Assembly (NCBI GenBank): GCA_951406725.2
Contig: OX597841.1
Coordinates: 12,896,001 to 12,960,000 of the forward strand
Source of the DNA: Octopus vulgaris
Taxonomy: Eukaryota
Reading direction: 5' to 3'
DNA: 64,000 nt
Part shown: positions 1 to 11,482 of the stretch, one piece after another
How the letters are laid out: each line of letters begins with the position of its first letter
Position numbering within the stretch: the first letter of the stretch is position 1
Position numbers and translations under genes: made by a program
Notes under the pieces: generated by a model
What the model was told of the DNA's origin: nothing
Database searches by the model: none
What the model saw: only the letters and a program-made list of their open reading frames with translations

Positions 1-804
1 CAACCTGTGTGGGTTGGTAGGGTGGTGGTTGTTTGTCGGAAATGAGTGACTTTGAAGTTCCATCTCGTATGTCTAGAAGTGTTTGTTCTCATTGAATGAA
101 AATCTTTTCTCCAATACAATGATTCTTAACCATTTTTTTTGTTTGTTTGTTTTTTAGCACCAACCTTGCCCACCTCTTTTAAGTAGTTGTTATTCCCAGC
201 CCTGCTCTCAGTGGCGAGTGAGATATTATGACTAAACTAACGTAAACCTTTAGGATTTAATCCAGTTATATCCAGCCCAAATATTTTCCTTATTTTACAT
301 TCGAATCAACCTAATCTGGCTTCTCACACCTACCCTACATTGTCATTCTAAAAATAAAGTATTATATCATCAAAATCTCGAAGCTACTAGATAAAGCATA
401 ATTAATTTAAAACAATTAATTGAAACAATGTGAATGAATAAGTCCTGCATCTGACAGAAAAACCTGAATAGTGATGGATGGTCACTTGTGGATTTTACTC
501 AAAAAATGAATTACATAAGCTTTAAACAGTGAAATGACAAAAAAATTAATGAAGACAAAAGCTGTAAATTACACATTGCATGTTATATAACATTAAAAAA
601 TTAATTATTGCAAAAAACATAACATTAAAAATAAATTTTTCTTGTTCAAACGTGTCTTTATCCGTGATATATATATTTCTTTGTTGTTTTATTTTAATAT
701 TGTTTTTGTATTTGGTTTGCAAGATTCTTTGTGTGAATTAATGTATTGAAGCATATTTTGTTGTGTCTGGGGAGATTCATTCTGTGTTGATGCCTTATTA
801 ATGC

Positions 805-1292
805 CAAGCGTGGTCGTTGCCAGAGCGGCTAACCGGCTTCCGTGCCAGTGGCACATAAAAGGCACCATTCGAGTGTGATCGTTACCAGCATTGCCTTACT
901 GGCTCCTGTGCCCCGTGCTAGTAGGTTGCCAAGAGCACCATCCGAGTGTGATCATTGCCAGAGCGGCTGGCTTCAGTGCCGGTGGCACGTAAAAGGGCAC
1001 CATTCGAGTGCGATCATTACCAGCGTCGCCTTACTGGCACCTGTGCCAGTGGCATGTGTAAAAAGATTCAAGTGAGGTCATTGCCAGTACTGCCTGACTA
1101 GCCCCCGTGCCGGTGGCATGTAAAAAGCACCCACTACAATCTCGGAGTGGTTGGCATTAGGAAGGGCATCCAACTGTAGAAACACTGCTAGATCAAGACT
1201 GGAGCCTGGTGCAGCCATCTGGTTCGCCAGCCCTCAGTCAAATCGTCCAACCCATGCCAGCATGGAAAGTGGACGTTAAACAATGATGATGA
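805..1292 (+). mobile_element. RTE-type LINE 3' end / non-autonomous derivative (family C) with (GAT)n tail
   Basis: Internal GTGCC(A/G)GTGGCAC-TAAAA-GCACC subrepeats and terminal ...CCAACCCATGCCAGCATGGAAAG.GGACGTTAAAC(GAT)n, shared with about 7 other copies in the window. Confidence 0.75.
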
Positions 1293-1481
1293 CTCTCACT
1301 GGTTTGATTTCCATTCGTTTACTAATTTTATTTAATTTTTTTTTTTTACAAATTATCATTGCTTCTTGTGACCTCTTCAATAGTTGTTGTATATATAAGT
1401 TCAGTAAAATTTAGATTCAGATGAATATGGTGCTTAAGTTAAAGGCACCATAATTTGGTATGGTATTATCTATATAATATT

Positions 1482-1860
1482 GGCGCAGGAGTGGCTGTGT
1501 GGTAAGTAGCTTGTTTACCAGCCACATGGTTCCGGGTTCAGTCCCACCGTGTGGCACCTTGGGCAAGTGTCTTCTACTATAGTCTTGGGCCAACCAAAGC
1601 CTTGTGAGTGGAATTGGTAGACGGAAACTGAAAGAAGCCCGTTGTATATATGTATATATATATATATGCGTGTGTTTGTGTTTGTGTGTCTGTGTTTGTC
1701 CCCTAGCATTGCTTGACAACCGATGCTGGTGTGTTTATGTCCCCGTCACTTAGTGGTTCGGCAAAAGAGACCGATAGAATAAGTCCCGGGGTCGAGTTGC
1801 TCGATTAAAGGCGGTGCTCCAGTATGGCCGCAGTCAAATGACTGAAACAAGTAAAAGAGT
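1482..1860 (+). mobile_element. tRNA-derived SINE family A (CORE-like central block)
   Basis: Head GGCGCAGGAGTGGCTGTGTGGTAAG (A box) ... GGTTCAGTCCC (B box), CCTTGGGCAAGTG resembling the CORE domain, internal (TA)n(TG)n, tail GAAACAAGTAAAAGA. More than 15 full or partial copies in the window. Confidence 0.88.
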
Positions 1861-2360
1861 ATAATTCAAAATGGGGTGATTACAATCAAAATAAGCAACA
1901 AGGATATCCAGAGGTCATGCAGTACGATCGTTTCATGCGACTCCATTTAATTGAACAATGCAAGTATTACATTAAAACTGATGTAATGTCCAAAATGAAG
2001 CAGGACCATTTGATTTGAGCATGAAGATGATTTAGATCTCATATAGAAGCAGTTGTTGAAGCTGAAGGTGGCTTTATTGTACAAACTAAATAAATCAACT
2101 TTAAAAAAAATTTAATTTAGTCCGAATTTCTTGCTTAAATCCTAGCAAGGGACCAGCCTTGCGTGCATCACCATTCCATTAAATGTGTTTACGGGAAGAT
2201 CAATACACATCAGTGACAAAGAAACATGGAAGATATCATGTGGTCGTGAAATGTGCTAAACATAACAGCTAAATCATCTTTAAATTACACATACGCTTTT
2301 CTTTCTTTCTTTTTTTTTGCATAATCTTGTGAAATCCCGAGTGTAGAAGACAAATTAGAA

Positions 2361-2745
2361 AGGCAGAATTATTAGGACACTGGGTGAAATGCATAGCCGT
2401 ATTTTGTCTGCTGCTACGTTCTGAGTTCAAATTCCACCGAGGTTGACTTTGCCTAATATCCTTTCGGAGTCGATAAATTAAGTACCAGTTACGCACTGGG
2501 GTTGATGTAATTGACTTAATCCATGTGTCTGTCCTTGTTTGTCCCCTCTGTGTTTAGCCCCTTGTAGGTAGTAAAGAAATAGGTATTTTGTCTGTCATTA
2601 TGTTCTGAGTTCAAATTCCGCCGAGGTTGACTTTGCCTTTCATCCTTTCGGGGTCAATAAATTAAGTACCAGCTGCGTACTGAGGTCGCTCTAATCGACT
2701 GGTCCCCTCCCCCAAAATTTCGGGCCTTGTGCCTAGAATGGAAAA
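2361..2745 (+). mobile_element. tRNA-derived SINE family B (Meta-domain-like), two tandem units
   Basis: GAGTTCAAATTCC B box followed by GAGGT(C/T)GACTTTGCCTTTCATCCTTTCGGGGTCGATAAATTAAGTACCAG, present twice. Confidence 0.8.
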
Positions 2746-3084
2746 GAAGACAAATTAGTAAAACGTTTCTAAAAAGAAAAAATTTACAAGGCGTTGTATG
2801 GAGAGCTGAAACCAGAATTCCACCCAAAAGTGTTGCTATTAAAGTAAAATTTTTCAATCAATAAACAACTTATTTAATGACTTTTATGCCTTTATATGAA
2901 TAATCGTTCCAAGAAATGGGGATGTTTTGTTGTTTTTTGTTTTGTTTTTTTCAGTATTAGACCCGCAGAAACGTGTACCTAAAGCCAAAGATTGACGTTT
3001 AATTCTTTAAAACACTAATTAAATCATTTTAACCCATAAAGTACTGGGATTTGCTCTTACATAGAATATATATGTATATATATG

Positions 3085-3742
3085 TGCATGTGTGTGTTTG
3101 TCCCCCCTAGCATTGCTTGACAACCGATGCTGGTGTGTTTATGTCCCCGTCACTTAGCGGTTCAGCAAAAGAGACCGATAGAATAAGTCCTGGGCTTACA
3201 AAAGAATAAGTCCCGGACTTCTGAGCACATTTTATGAAAATGAGACAACCATACACACATAAAAAGCAAAAAATAGTTCCGGGTTCAGTCCCACTGCGTG
3301 GCACCTTGGGCAAGTGTCTTCTACTATAGCCTCAGGCCGACCAAAGCCTTGTGAGTGGATTTGGTAGACGGAAACTGAAAGAAGCCTGTCATATATGTGT
3401 ATATATATATATGTGTGTATGTGTGTGTATATGTTTGTGTGTCTGTGTTTGTCCCCCTAGCATTGCTTGACAACCGATGCTGGTGTGTTCACGTCCCCGT
3501 CACTTAGCGGTTCGGCAAAAGAAACCGATAGAATAAGTCCCGGGGGCGATTTGCTCGACTAAAGGTGGTGCTCCAGCATGGCCACAGTCAAATGACTGAA
3601 ACAAGTAAAAGAGAGTAAAGAGTATATAATGGTGACAAGTTTTACATCATCTGAAAAGACACTTGCCCAAGGTACCACGCAGTGGGACTGAACCCGGAAC
3701 CATGCGGTTGGTAAGCAAGCTACTTACCACACAGCCACTCCT
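3085..3742. mobile_element. Cluster of SINE family A pieces (+ at ~3085-3220 and ~3276-3622; - at ~3657-3742)
   Basis: Direct similarity to the 1482-1860 copy. Confidence 0.85.
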
Positions 3743-3950
3743 AATAATATTTTGCTTATAATACATCCACACATCCACACACACACACCTACTGTAAATA
3801 CATATTCCTTCCTGAGGCCAGTTCGATGATTTGAGGCTGATTTCTCTGCTAACAGGATGAGTATCTACGCAGACTCCTTTATATGTTCGTAATAAATATT
3901 TTGTCGTGTGATGGCTTTGTTTTCTTTACTATGGACTGGATATATTAAAA

Positions 3951-4170
3951 CAGGGGTTCTCAGCCAGGGTCCGTATGACCCTTGGGGGTCCACGTAAGAT
4001 TTTGTTAAATTTTTATTGGTTAAACTTTTACAATGCACAAAATATTTGAGCGATTTTTGAATACAATTCCTAAAAATATAACAGGATTTTTATAACACTG
4101 AATGGTTATGAGGGTCCAGTAGAGTAAAATAGGGATCAAAGGGATACACAAGTTAAATAAATGAGAACCA
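3951..4170. mobile_element. hAT/Charlie-like MITE relic
   Basis: Begins CAGGGGTTCTCA and ends ...TGAGAACCA, an imperfect terminal inverted repeat typical of hAT MITEs. Confidence 0.5.
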
Positions 4171-4189
4171 AGAAGCAAATTAATATGAT

Positions 4190-4584
4190 GGCGTAGGAGT
4201 GGCTGTGTGGTAAGTTGTTTGCTTACGAACCACATGGTTCCGGGTTCAATCCCACTTGTGGCACCTTGGGCAAGTGTCTTCTACTATAGCCTCAGGCTGA
4301 CCAAAGCCTTGTGAGTGTATTTGGCAGACGGAAACTGAAAGAAGCCTGTCGTGTATATATATATATATGTGTGTGTATGTTAGTATGTCTGTGTTTGTCC
4401 CCCAACATCGCTTGACAACCGATGCTGGTGTGTTTACGTCCCCGTAACTTAGCGGTTCGGCAAAAGAGACCGATAGAATAAGTAATAGGCTTACAAAGAA
4501 TAAGTTCTGGGATCGATTTGCTCGATTGAATGCGGTGCCCCAGCATGGCCGCAGTCAAATGACTGAAACAAATAAAAGAATAAA
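4190..4584 (+). mobile_element. SINE family A, full length
   Basis: Head, A/B boxes and tail match the family consensus. Confidence 0.88.
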
Positions 4585-5134
4585 AGGCTATAATCAAAGT
4601 GGTTTCCGAATGTATTAAACTACATCAGCGACTTTTAACGAACGACACCGGTGTCACTATAACGAGGGAAATAATCCTCAACGACACCGTCTACCGGTTT
4701 CCTTGTTAATTAGTCCGAGTTAATTAAATGTTTTGTGTAGTAATTAGCTCGTGTTTAGATGAACGATAATGTTTGTGGCTGAGAAAGGATGAGAACCTCC
4801 ATCCGTGGCTTCTTCTATCAGATTCGTGATTAATATTTCGTTTCATCACAGAATTAAGGTCGTTAATTACTCTTTGCCTAATTAACCGCAAAAGGACGGG
4901 AAATGACTTTTAATCACCAACAAATCAATCAATGAACACTTCTTACCTTTCATCTGTTTTTCACTTCTAAAGTACGTATTTATTGCATTAATTTCCTCTT
5001 TTCCTCTTCCCCACAGAAACATGTGTCTTTCCGTCTCTCTGTCTCTATGCAAACATACTTGTAGGTATGTAGTCTAATATTCCACAACTCGGGAAAAAGA
5101 TGCACATGTAACCAGTCTATAACTGTATATTTCG

Positions 5135-5310
5135 TATCTATCTATCTGTCAGTCTATCCGTCTATCTACCTGTCTGTCTATCAATTTCTATCTCTCCATC
5201 TGTCTATCTATATATCTATCTGTCTGTTTGTCTCTCTGTCTATCTATCTGCCTATCTATCCGTCTGTCTATCTATTTGTCTATCTATCTATCTATCCATC
5301 TGTCTATCTA
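5135..5310. repeat. (TCTA/TCTG)n microsatellite upstream of the ZNF ORF
   Basis: Direct reading. Confidence 0.85.
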
Positions 5311-5652
5311 CCCACTCTCTTTCTCTTTACACACCACACACAAAGATGTAACAGATGAATGCCAATTCCACCAGACTGTCCACTACTATCAGTTAAAGAC
5401 ACCATCCACTTGTTTTTCTTTGTCTACATCGGATCCAATAATCATTTCTCCGTTTCTTCTCGTGGAAGCCGAAGTTTTCCTTCTTTTCTTGCCTCAATCT
5501 GTCGCTTTGAGACTTTCCATTCTGTACAAAATGCTTTCTTGTGACGACCAGAGAATATATTCTGCATCATATATTTTCCAAATTAAAGCTTCGCTGAGTT
5601 AACCCTGACTTTAAACTGATTGATTATTGGTTGTTGATTAAAGAATTCCTCA

Positions 5653-7158
5653 ATGAATATGGAGGAGATTATACACTTGGACTCTTCAAACACAACTGCT
5701 TTTAGCGATGTAGATGCAGTTACACTGACCGACGGAGATGAGGAGCCCGTGGATGGGGAAATATTTACTAATGACCGATCACTAAAGGGATATATTATTG
5801 AATATAGATGCGGGATTTGTAGGAAAATTTTCCCTTCAGAACAGGAAGTCTTCGAACACAAAGAGACACACTCTGGCGAAAAACCCTGTCGTTGTGAAAT
5901 GTGTGGGAAATGTTTTCCTGATAAGAATTGCTTAAGAAAACACGTAAAAAGACACACAACGGAAAAACCGTTCGCCTGTGAGGTGTGTGGCAAAACCTTT
6001 GCTTTTGACAGTTATTTAACAACGCACAAAAGGACCCACGCCAGAGAAAGGGCCTTTCGTTGTGATATATGCGGGAAATGTTTCCGCACTAAGAAATATT
6101 TAAGAATACACACAAGGAGGATACACATTGGGGAAAAACCGATTGCGTGTGAAATCTGTGGAAAATGTTTTGCTTCGAACGGTGAATTAGCAAGACACGT
6201 GAGGGTCCATACGGGGGAGAAACCGTTTACTTGTGAAATCTGTGGGAAATCTTTTACACAGAAAACTCATCTAGCAATTCATAAGACAATCCACAATGGA
6301 GGGAAACAGTTCAATTGTAAAACTTGTGGGAAAACTTTTACCAGGAAAAGTAACTTGGTCAGACACAAAATCATACACACTGCGGAAAATCCCTTTTGCT
6401 GTGAAATTTGTGGGAAAGCCTTCTGTGCCAACTCTATTCTTGTTATCCACAAACGTTCACACACAGGAGAGAAACCGTTTAACTGTGAAATTTGTGGGAA
6501 ATCTTTTGTGTGTAACAGAAATTTAACGAATCACCAAAGAACGCACGCTGAGCAAAAAACATTCCACTGTGAAACGTGCGGAAAATCTTTTGCCAGTAAC
6601 AATCAGTTGAGAAATCACAAAATAGTACACACTGCGGAAAAAAGCTTTTACTGCGAAACTTGTGGTAAGTCGTACTTTCGAAATTCTGACCTGGAAGTTC
6701 ATAAACGTAGTCACACGGGAGAGAAACCGTATCATTGTGAACTGTGCGGAAAATCGTTCCCTGGTTCTTCGAATCTCTCGCGTCACAAGAGAACCCACAC
6801 CAAGGACCGACGCTACCACTGTATAACGTGTGGCAAGTCTTGTAATTCCAATAGCGATTTAACCAAACACAACCGAATACACACAGGCGAAAGGCCGTAC
6901 CATTGCGAAGAATGTGGCAAATCATTCTCAAACAGTTCTAATTTTTTGGTTCACAAACGGGGCCACAGCAGAACCAGACGACATTGCTGTGTGACGTGTG
7001 GGAAATGCTTTATTTCTAGCAACAGTTTGAAGCAGCACCGAAGGACCCACACGGGGGAACGTCCGTATCATTGTGAAGTGTGTGGGAAATCCTATTCGGA
7101 TAGTTCTTACATTGCACGACACAGGCGCAAACACTACGAGCAAACGGCCTCCATGTGA
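5653..7158 (+). CDS. C2H2 (Kruppel-type) zinc-finger protein, 501 aa, 16 tandem fingers, short acidic N-terminus
   Basis: Uninterrupted ORF with 16 CxxC-x12-HxxxH(H) units and TGEKP(F/Y)-type linkers. The acidic leader (DGDEEPVDGE) has no KRAB/SCAN/BTB domain that I can recognise. Confidence 0.95.
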   Translation: MNMEEIIHLDSSNTTAFSDVDAVTLTDGDEEPVDGEIFTNDRSLKGYIIEYRCGICRKIFPSEQEVFEHKETHSGEKPCRCEMCGKCFPDKNCLRKHVKRHTTEKPFACEVCGKTFAFDSYLTTHKRTHARERAFRCDICGKCFRTKKYLRIHTRRIHIGEKPIACEICGKCFASNGELARHVRVHTGEKPFTCEICGKSFTQKTHLAIHKTIHNGGKQFNCKTCGKTFTRKSNLVRHKIIHTAENPFCCEICGKAFCANSILVIHKRSHTGEKPFNCEICGKSFVCNRNLTNHQRTHAEQKTFHCETCGKSFASNNQLRNHKIVHTAEKSFYCETCGKSYFRNSDLEVHKRSHTGEKPYHCELCGKSFPGSSNLSRHKRTHTKDRRYHCITCGKSCNSNSDLTKHNRIHTGERPYHCEECGKSFSNSSNFLVHKRGHSRTRRHCCVTCGKCFISSNSLKQHRRTHTGERPYHCEVCGKSYSDSSYIARHRRKHYEQTASM

Positions 7159-7185
7159 AAGATGGGCAGCAGAGGGTTTTGTCAC

Positions 7186-8010
7186 TTGGTAAGAAGCTTG
7201 CTTACCAACCACATGGTTCTGGGTTCAGTCCCACTGTATGCCACCATGGGCAAATGTCTTCTGCTATAGCCTTGGGCCGATCAAAGCCTTGTGAGTGGAT
7301 TTGGTAGACGGAAACTGAAAGAAGCCTGTCGTACTAGGTCTCTGTTATTTATTTTATCACACCAACACCAGTTGTTAAATGGTGGTAGAAGACAAACAGA
7401 CACACATATACACACATATATATATATATTATATATATGTGTGTGTGTGTGTTTTCTTTTATTTGTTTCTATCATTTGACTGTGGCCATTCTGGAGCACC
7501 GCCTTTAGTTGAACAAATTGACCCCATGACATATTCTTTGTAAGCTTAGTACTTATTCTATCTGTTTCTTTTACCAAACTGCTAAGTTAAGGGGTTGTAA
7601 GCACACCAACATTGGTTGTCAAGCGATGGTGGGGGGACAAATCCAGACACACTCACACACACAGATATATATACATATATACGACGGGTTTCTTTCAGTT
7701 TCTATCTGCCAAATCCACTCACAAGGCTTTGGTTGGCCCGAGGCTATAGTAGAAAACACTTGTCCCAGGTGCCATGCAGCGGGACTGACCCCGGAACCAT
7801 GTGGTTGGTAAGCAACCTACTTACCACATAGTCACTCCTGCACCTATATGACAGGATTCTCTCAGTTTCCATCTACTGAATCCACTCACAAGGCTTTGGT
7901 CAGTCTGAGATTATAGAAGACACTTGCCCAAGATGCCGCACAGTGGAACTGAACCCAAAACCATGTGGTTGGGAAGCAAGCTTCATGCCACACAGATATG
8001 CCTGTGCCTA
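7186..8010. mobile_element. SINE family A copies just downstream of the ZNF stop (+ at ~7186-7333; - at ~7460-7844 and ~7850-8010)
   Basis: Similarity to the family consensus, in opposite orientations. Confidence 0.82.
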
Positions 8011-8247
8011 CGTGTGTGTGTGTGTATTAATGTTTGGTTTTTATGTTCAGTAATAATAAAAGCAATTTTTACTTGATTCTCATTGGTTACTCTATAGTTT
8101 TGCCGAGGACAAATTTATCATTTTTAAACAAGAATATTATCGACAGTGACTTCGAAGTTTCAACCAGGTAAGACATTGTTGCACCATAATGCATTGAAGT
8201 TAATCTTGGTTTTGTATTAGTTTCTGTTGAGTTAAAATTATGTTTTG

Positions 8248-8687
8248 GGCTGGTACATAATTATTGCGGCTTTTTGACAACAAAATTTATTCAACAAAAA
8301 CAATAAGAACATGTAACAAAAACATCTTTAAATGATTGTTCTGGAGCATATTCACCATCTACCTTAATTACTGCTTCCCATTTGCTTGGCAGACGGTCAG
8401 AATAATCATTTAAAGATAACCCTTTCGTTACCAACCCGGCCAAAACTGGTTCTGGCTCTGTAGTATAAATGTCTTGTTTTCATAAGTTCTGAATTAAAAT
8501 CTTCCACCAAACCTTAGTCACAATTTATGTTCCTAACACTAGCTGAATGATAACTAAGTTATTTTACTAAACTCTTTGTTATATTTAAAATAATTGAAAG
8601 AGACACAGAGCATCTCAATAAATACAGTAACGAAAGGTTTAAATATTGTTACTGTTTTTGTTGAAAAAAAGCCGCAATAATTATGCT
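8248..8687 (-). mobile_element. Deleted mariner element with a nested MITE
   Basis: Inverted termini CATAATTATTGCGGCTTTTT / AAAAAAGCCGCAATAATTATG. The minus strand encodes DRLPSKWEAVIKVDGEYA, resembling a mariner transposase C-terminus. Confidence 0.65.
8420..8638. mobile_element. piggyBac-like MITE, copy 1
   Basis: Termini CCCTTTCGTTAC / GTAACGAAAGG; closely similar to 8869-9089. Confidence 0.7.
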
Positions 8688-8868
8688 GAGGCTATAGTAG
8701 AAGACACTTGCCCAAGGTGCCACACAGTGGGACTGAACCCGGAACTATGTGGTTGGTAAGCAAGCTACTTGCCACACAGCCACTCCTACGCTGTGAGTTA
8801 AAATCAGTGTTTTTTTTAACATTATTATTAATTCATAAATTAATTTTTTGTTTTAATCCTGGAATTAA

Positions 8869-9089
8869 CCCTTTCGATGCCAATCTGGCTGAAACCACCT
8901 CTGGCTCTGTAGTACAAATGTCTTGTTTTCATAAGTTTTGAATAAAAATCTTCCACTAATCCTTAGTCACAATTTATGTTCCTAACACTAGCTTAATGAT
9001 AACTAAGTTATTTTACTAAATTCTTTGTTATATTTAAAATAATTAAGAGAAAAACAGAGCATCTCAAAATAATTGCAGTAACAAAAGGG
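8869..9089. mobile_element. piggyBac-like MITE, copy 2
   Basis: TTAA on both sides (8865-8868 and 9090-9093) with CCCTTT...AAAGGG termini. Confidence 0.75.
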
Positions 9090-9282
9090 TTAATATTCAA
9101 TTTTTATTTATTCACTCCAATTATGTTCGATAATTGAATGCTGTGAGTTCCCATCACCATTTTTCTTTTCAGCATTTGTTTATTTATTAGCAAAGTCTCA
9201 TATGAAATAGTTTTTTGTTTTAATCTTGGAATTAAATGGTTTTGATTTACTGTCAAGGGACCTTTGACCAACCTTGTACATA

Positions 9283-10125
9283 CAGAGTGGCATCAAAAGT
9301 TCCCGGACTTGTTCTGTGGTACACCAACAGATGGCAGCACATGGCTGCGTGCCCAGTGAGAGCCAGCAGTGACCTTCATGAAGCAGTGTGCCGAGTGACA
9401 TTGCTGTGTTGACTTTGCAACTTGTGAAATTTGTGCTTTTGTGATCATGGAACGAAGAGCCATTGTGAAATTTTGTGTTGAACTTAGGAAGTCTGCTACA
9501 AAAAACATTGAACATACTTTGAAGAGTTTGCAAAGATGAAGCAATGTCTTGAAGTGGCATGGGCGCTTCAAAAGTGGAAGAGCATCTCTGGAGGACCTAC
9601 CTCAAGCATCACCCCTGGAAATGTGGTATTGTGCATTGAGAATTCATTGCCCAGGGCCAGACCATCATTTGGGGGTTGTTTTGTGATATTTTGAACCATT
9701 TGCAGGAGGACATTCAATGAAAGCGTCTGGATCTGTAGAAGACGAGGAATTAGATTCTTCCTGACAACAATACACAATGTCACCAAGCTCTCTTCACTCT
9801 TCAGGTTCTCATCAGAAACAACATGGTGTCGCTTCTGCACCTGCCCTAATTGCCAGATTCAGCACCTGTGGACTTCCATCTCTTCCGCCAAGCTGAAAAT
9901 GCAGTTCAAAGGTCGCCGTTTTAACACCGTTGTTGACATCCAGAACAAACAACAGAAGGTATTTGACTTGTTAATGGAAAATGGCTTCCAAGCCGGATTC
10001 CAAAAGCCACCAAGACATGCTGGAACCAGTACACTGCTGTGCAAGGGGACCATTTCAAAGGAGATGATGTTAAAACTTATTTTCTGTTAAACATAATGAG
10101 CATGGGAACTTTTTGATACCACCAC
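9283..10125 (+). mobile_element. Degenerate, internally deleted Tc1/mariner (mariner-type) transposon
   Basis: Imperfect TIRs GTGGCATCAAAAGTTCCC / GGGAACTTTTTGATACCAC. Frameshifted transposase pieces MERRAIVKFCVELRKSAT, KWHGRFKSGRASLED, PDSAPVDFHLF and KGRRFNTVVDIQ (relic of the YSPDLAP-x-D motif). Confidence 0.85.
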
Positions 10126-10126
10126 A

Positions 10127-10455
10127 TCATCATCACTTAACGTCCATTTTGCATGTTGGCAGGGGTTGGACGGTTTGAGTGGGGTCTGGCAAGCCAGGAG
10201 GCCACACCGGGCTCCAATCTGATCTGGAAAGGTTTCTACAGTTGGGTGCCCTTCCTAATGCTAACCACTCCGAGAGTGTAATGGGTGCTTTTTATGTTCC
10301 ACCAGCACGCCAAGGTCGACTTTGCCTTTCATCCTTTCGGGGTCGATAAATAAAGTACCAGTTATGCACTGGGGTCGATGTAATCGACTTAATCCGTTTA
10401 TCTGTCCTTGTTTGTCCCCTCTGTATTTAGACCCTTGTGGGCAGTAAAGAAATAT
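10127..10455. mobile_element. Family C 3' end (minus, ~10127-10310) abutting a SINE B fragment (~10311-10455)
   Basis: (CAT)n start and GTCCATTTTGCATG; then GGTCGACTTTGCCTTTCATCC. Confidence 0.7.
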
Positions 10456-11022
10456 ATGTTCCACCAGCACGGGAGCCAGTCAGGTGGACCTTCTGTTGAG
10501 GGCTTCTATGCCCCTTTATCAGACTATTTTATTTAGTTATTGCTTGGTGATGGTGATTGCCATAAGCTTATATCAAAATACCATTCTTATTATTTACAGG
10601 ATTGTAAAACAAGGTGCCATATAAAAAACCATTCCCACCGAAAGCCTATAGAAAGTTTGTTTCCATATAAAAAAACAAACACAAACTATTATAGTTCTTA
10701 AATTTGACAAGAAAAGGGAGGCTGATTTGCAGGTGTAAAGGTAATACAATCGCGTTAACAAAGGGATGTAGGTTCGACTCCCACGTGGATAGGAAAGCCT
10801 TCTTTTTCCTTTCGAGGGCTTATATGCCCCTTTATTAGACTATTTTCCTTAGTCATTGCTTGGTGATCGGTATAAGCTTTAAGCTTATATAAAAATACCA
10901 TTTTGTTATTTACAGCACCGTATAACAAAACCATTTGCACCAAAATATATATATAATCAGAGGTGTAACAAGGTTTTAAAGTTAGGGCCTTGTGGCTAGA
11001 GTAGAAAGGATCATTATTATTA

Positions 11023-11180
11023 AGGTGGTGAGCTGGTGGAACCCTTAGTGTGCCAGGCAAAATGCTCAGCAGCATTTCATCTATCTTTATGTTCTGGGTT
11101 CAAATTTTGTCAAGGTTGACTGTGCCTTTCATCCTTACAGGGTCAATAAAACACTAGGGGCGATGTAATTGACTGGCCCC
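11023..11180 (+). mobile_element. SINE family B
   Basis: AGGTGGTGAGCTGG head, GGTTCAAATT B box, GACTGTGCCTTTCATCC. Confidence 0.72.
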
Positions 11181-11279
11181 CTCTCACAAAATTTCAGGTC
11201 ATGTGCCTTTAGTAGAAATGACTGGCCAAAACAAGATGACCAATAATCATGTGAAACCACAGGTTTTGTATCAGTGTCT

Positions 11280-11482
11280 GTGCTAGTAGGGTGCCAAGAG
11301 CACCATCCGTGCTAGTAGGGTGCCAAGAGCACCATCCGTGCTAGTAGGGTGCCAAGAGCACCATCCGTGCTAGTAGGGTGCCAAGAGCACCATCCGTGCT
11401 AGTAGGGTGCCAAGAGCACCATCCGTGCTAGTAGGGTGCCAAGAGCACCATCCGTGCTAGTAGGGTGCCAAGAGCACCATCC
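11280..11482 (+). repeat. Perfect tandem repeat, 7 x 29 bp (GTGCTAGTAGGGTGCCAAGAGCACCATCC)
   Basis: Units start at 11280, 11309, 11338, 11367, 11396, 11425 and 11454, with no spacers. Confidence 0.95.

Noticed and set aside
1417-1719. Recurrent ORFs such as [27 protein letters not shown] / [19 protein letters not shown], resembling a multigene family
   Set aside because: These are antisense translations of SINE family A copies, not proteins.
5583-7212. Overlapping minus-strand and alternate-frame ORFs within the zinc-finger gene
   Set aside because: Shadow ORFs of the repetitive C2H2 coding sequence.
11280-11482. CRISPR-like 29-bp repeats with an internal palindrome
   Set aside because: The units are directly adjacent with no spacers, there are no cas genes, the context is eukaryotic, and the unit derives from an RTE-type repeat.
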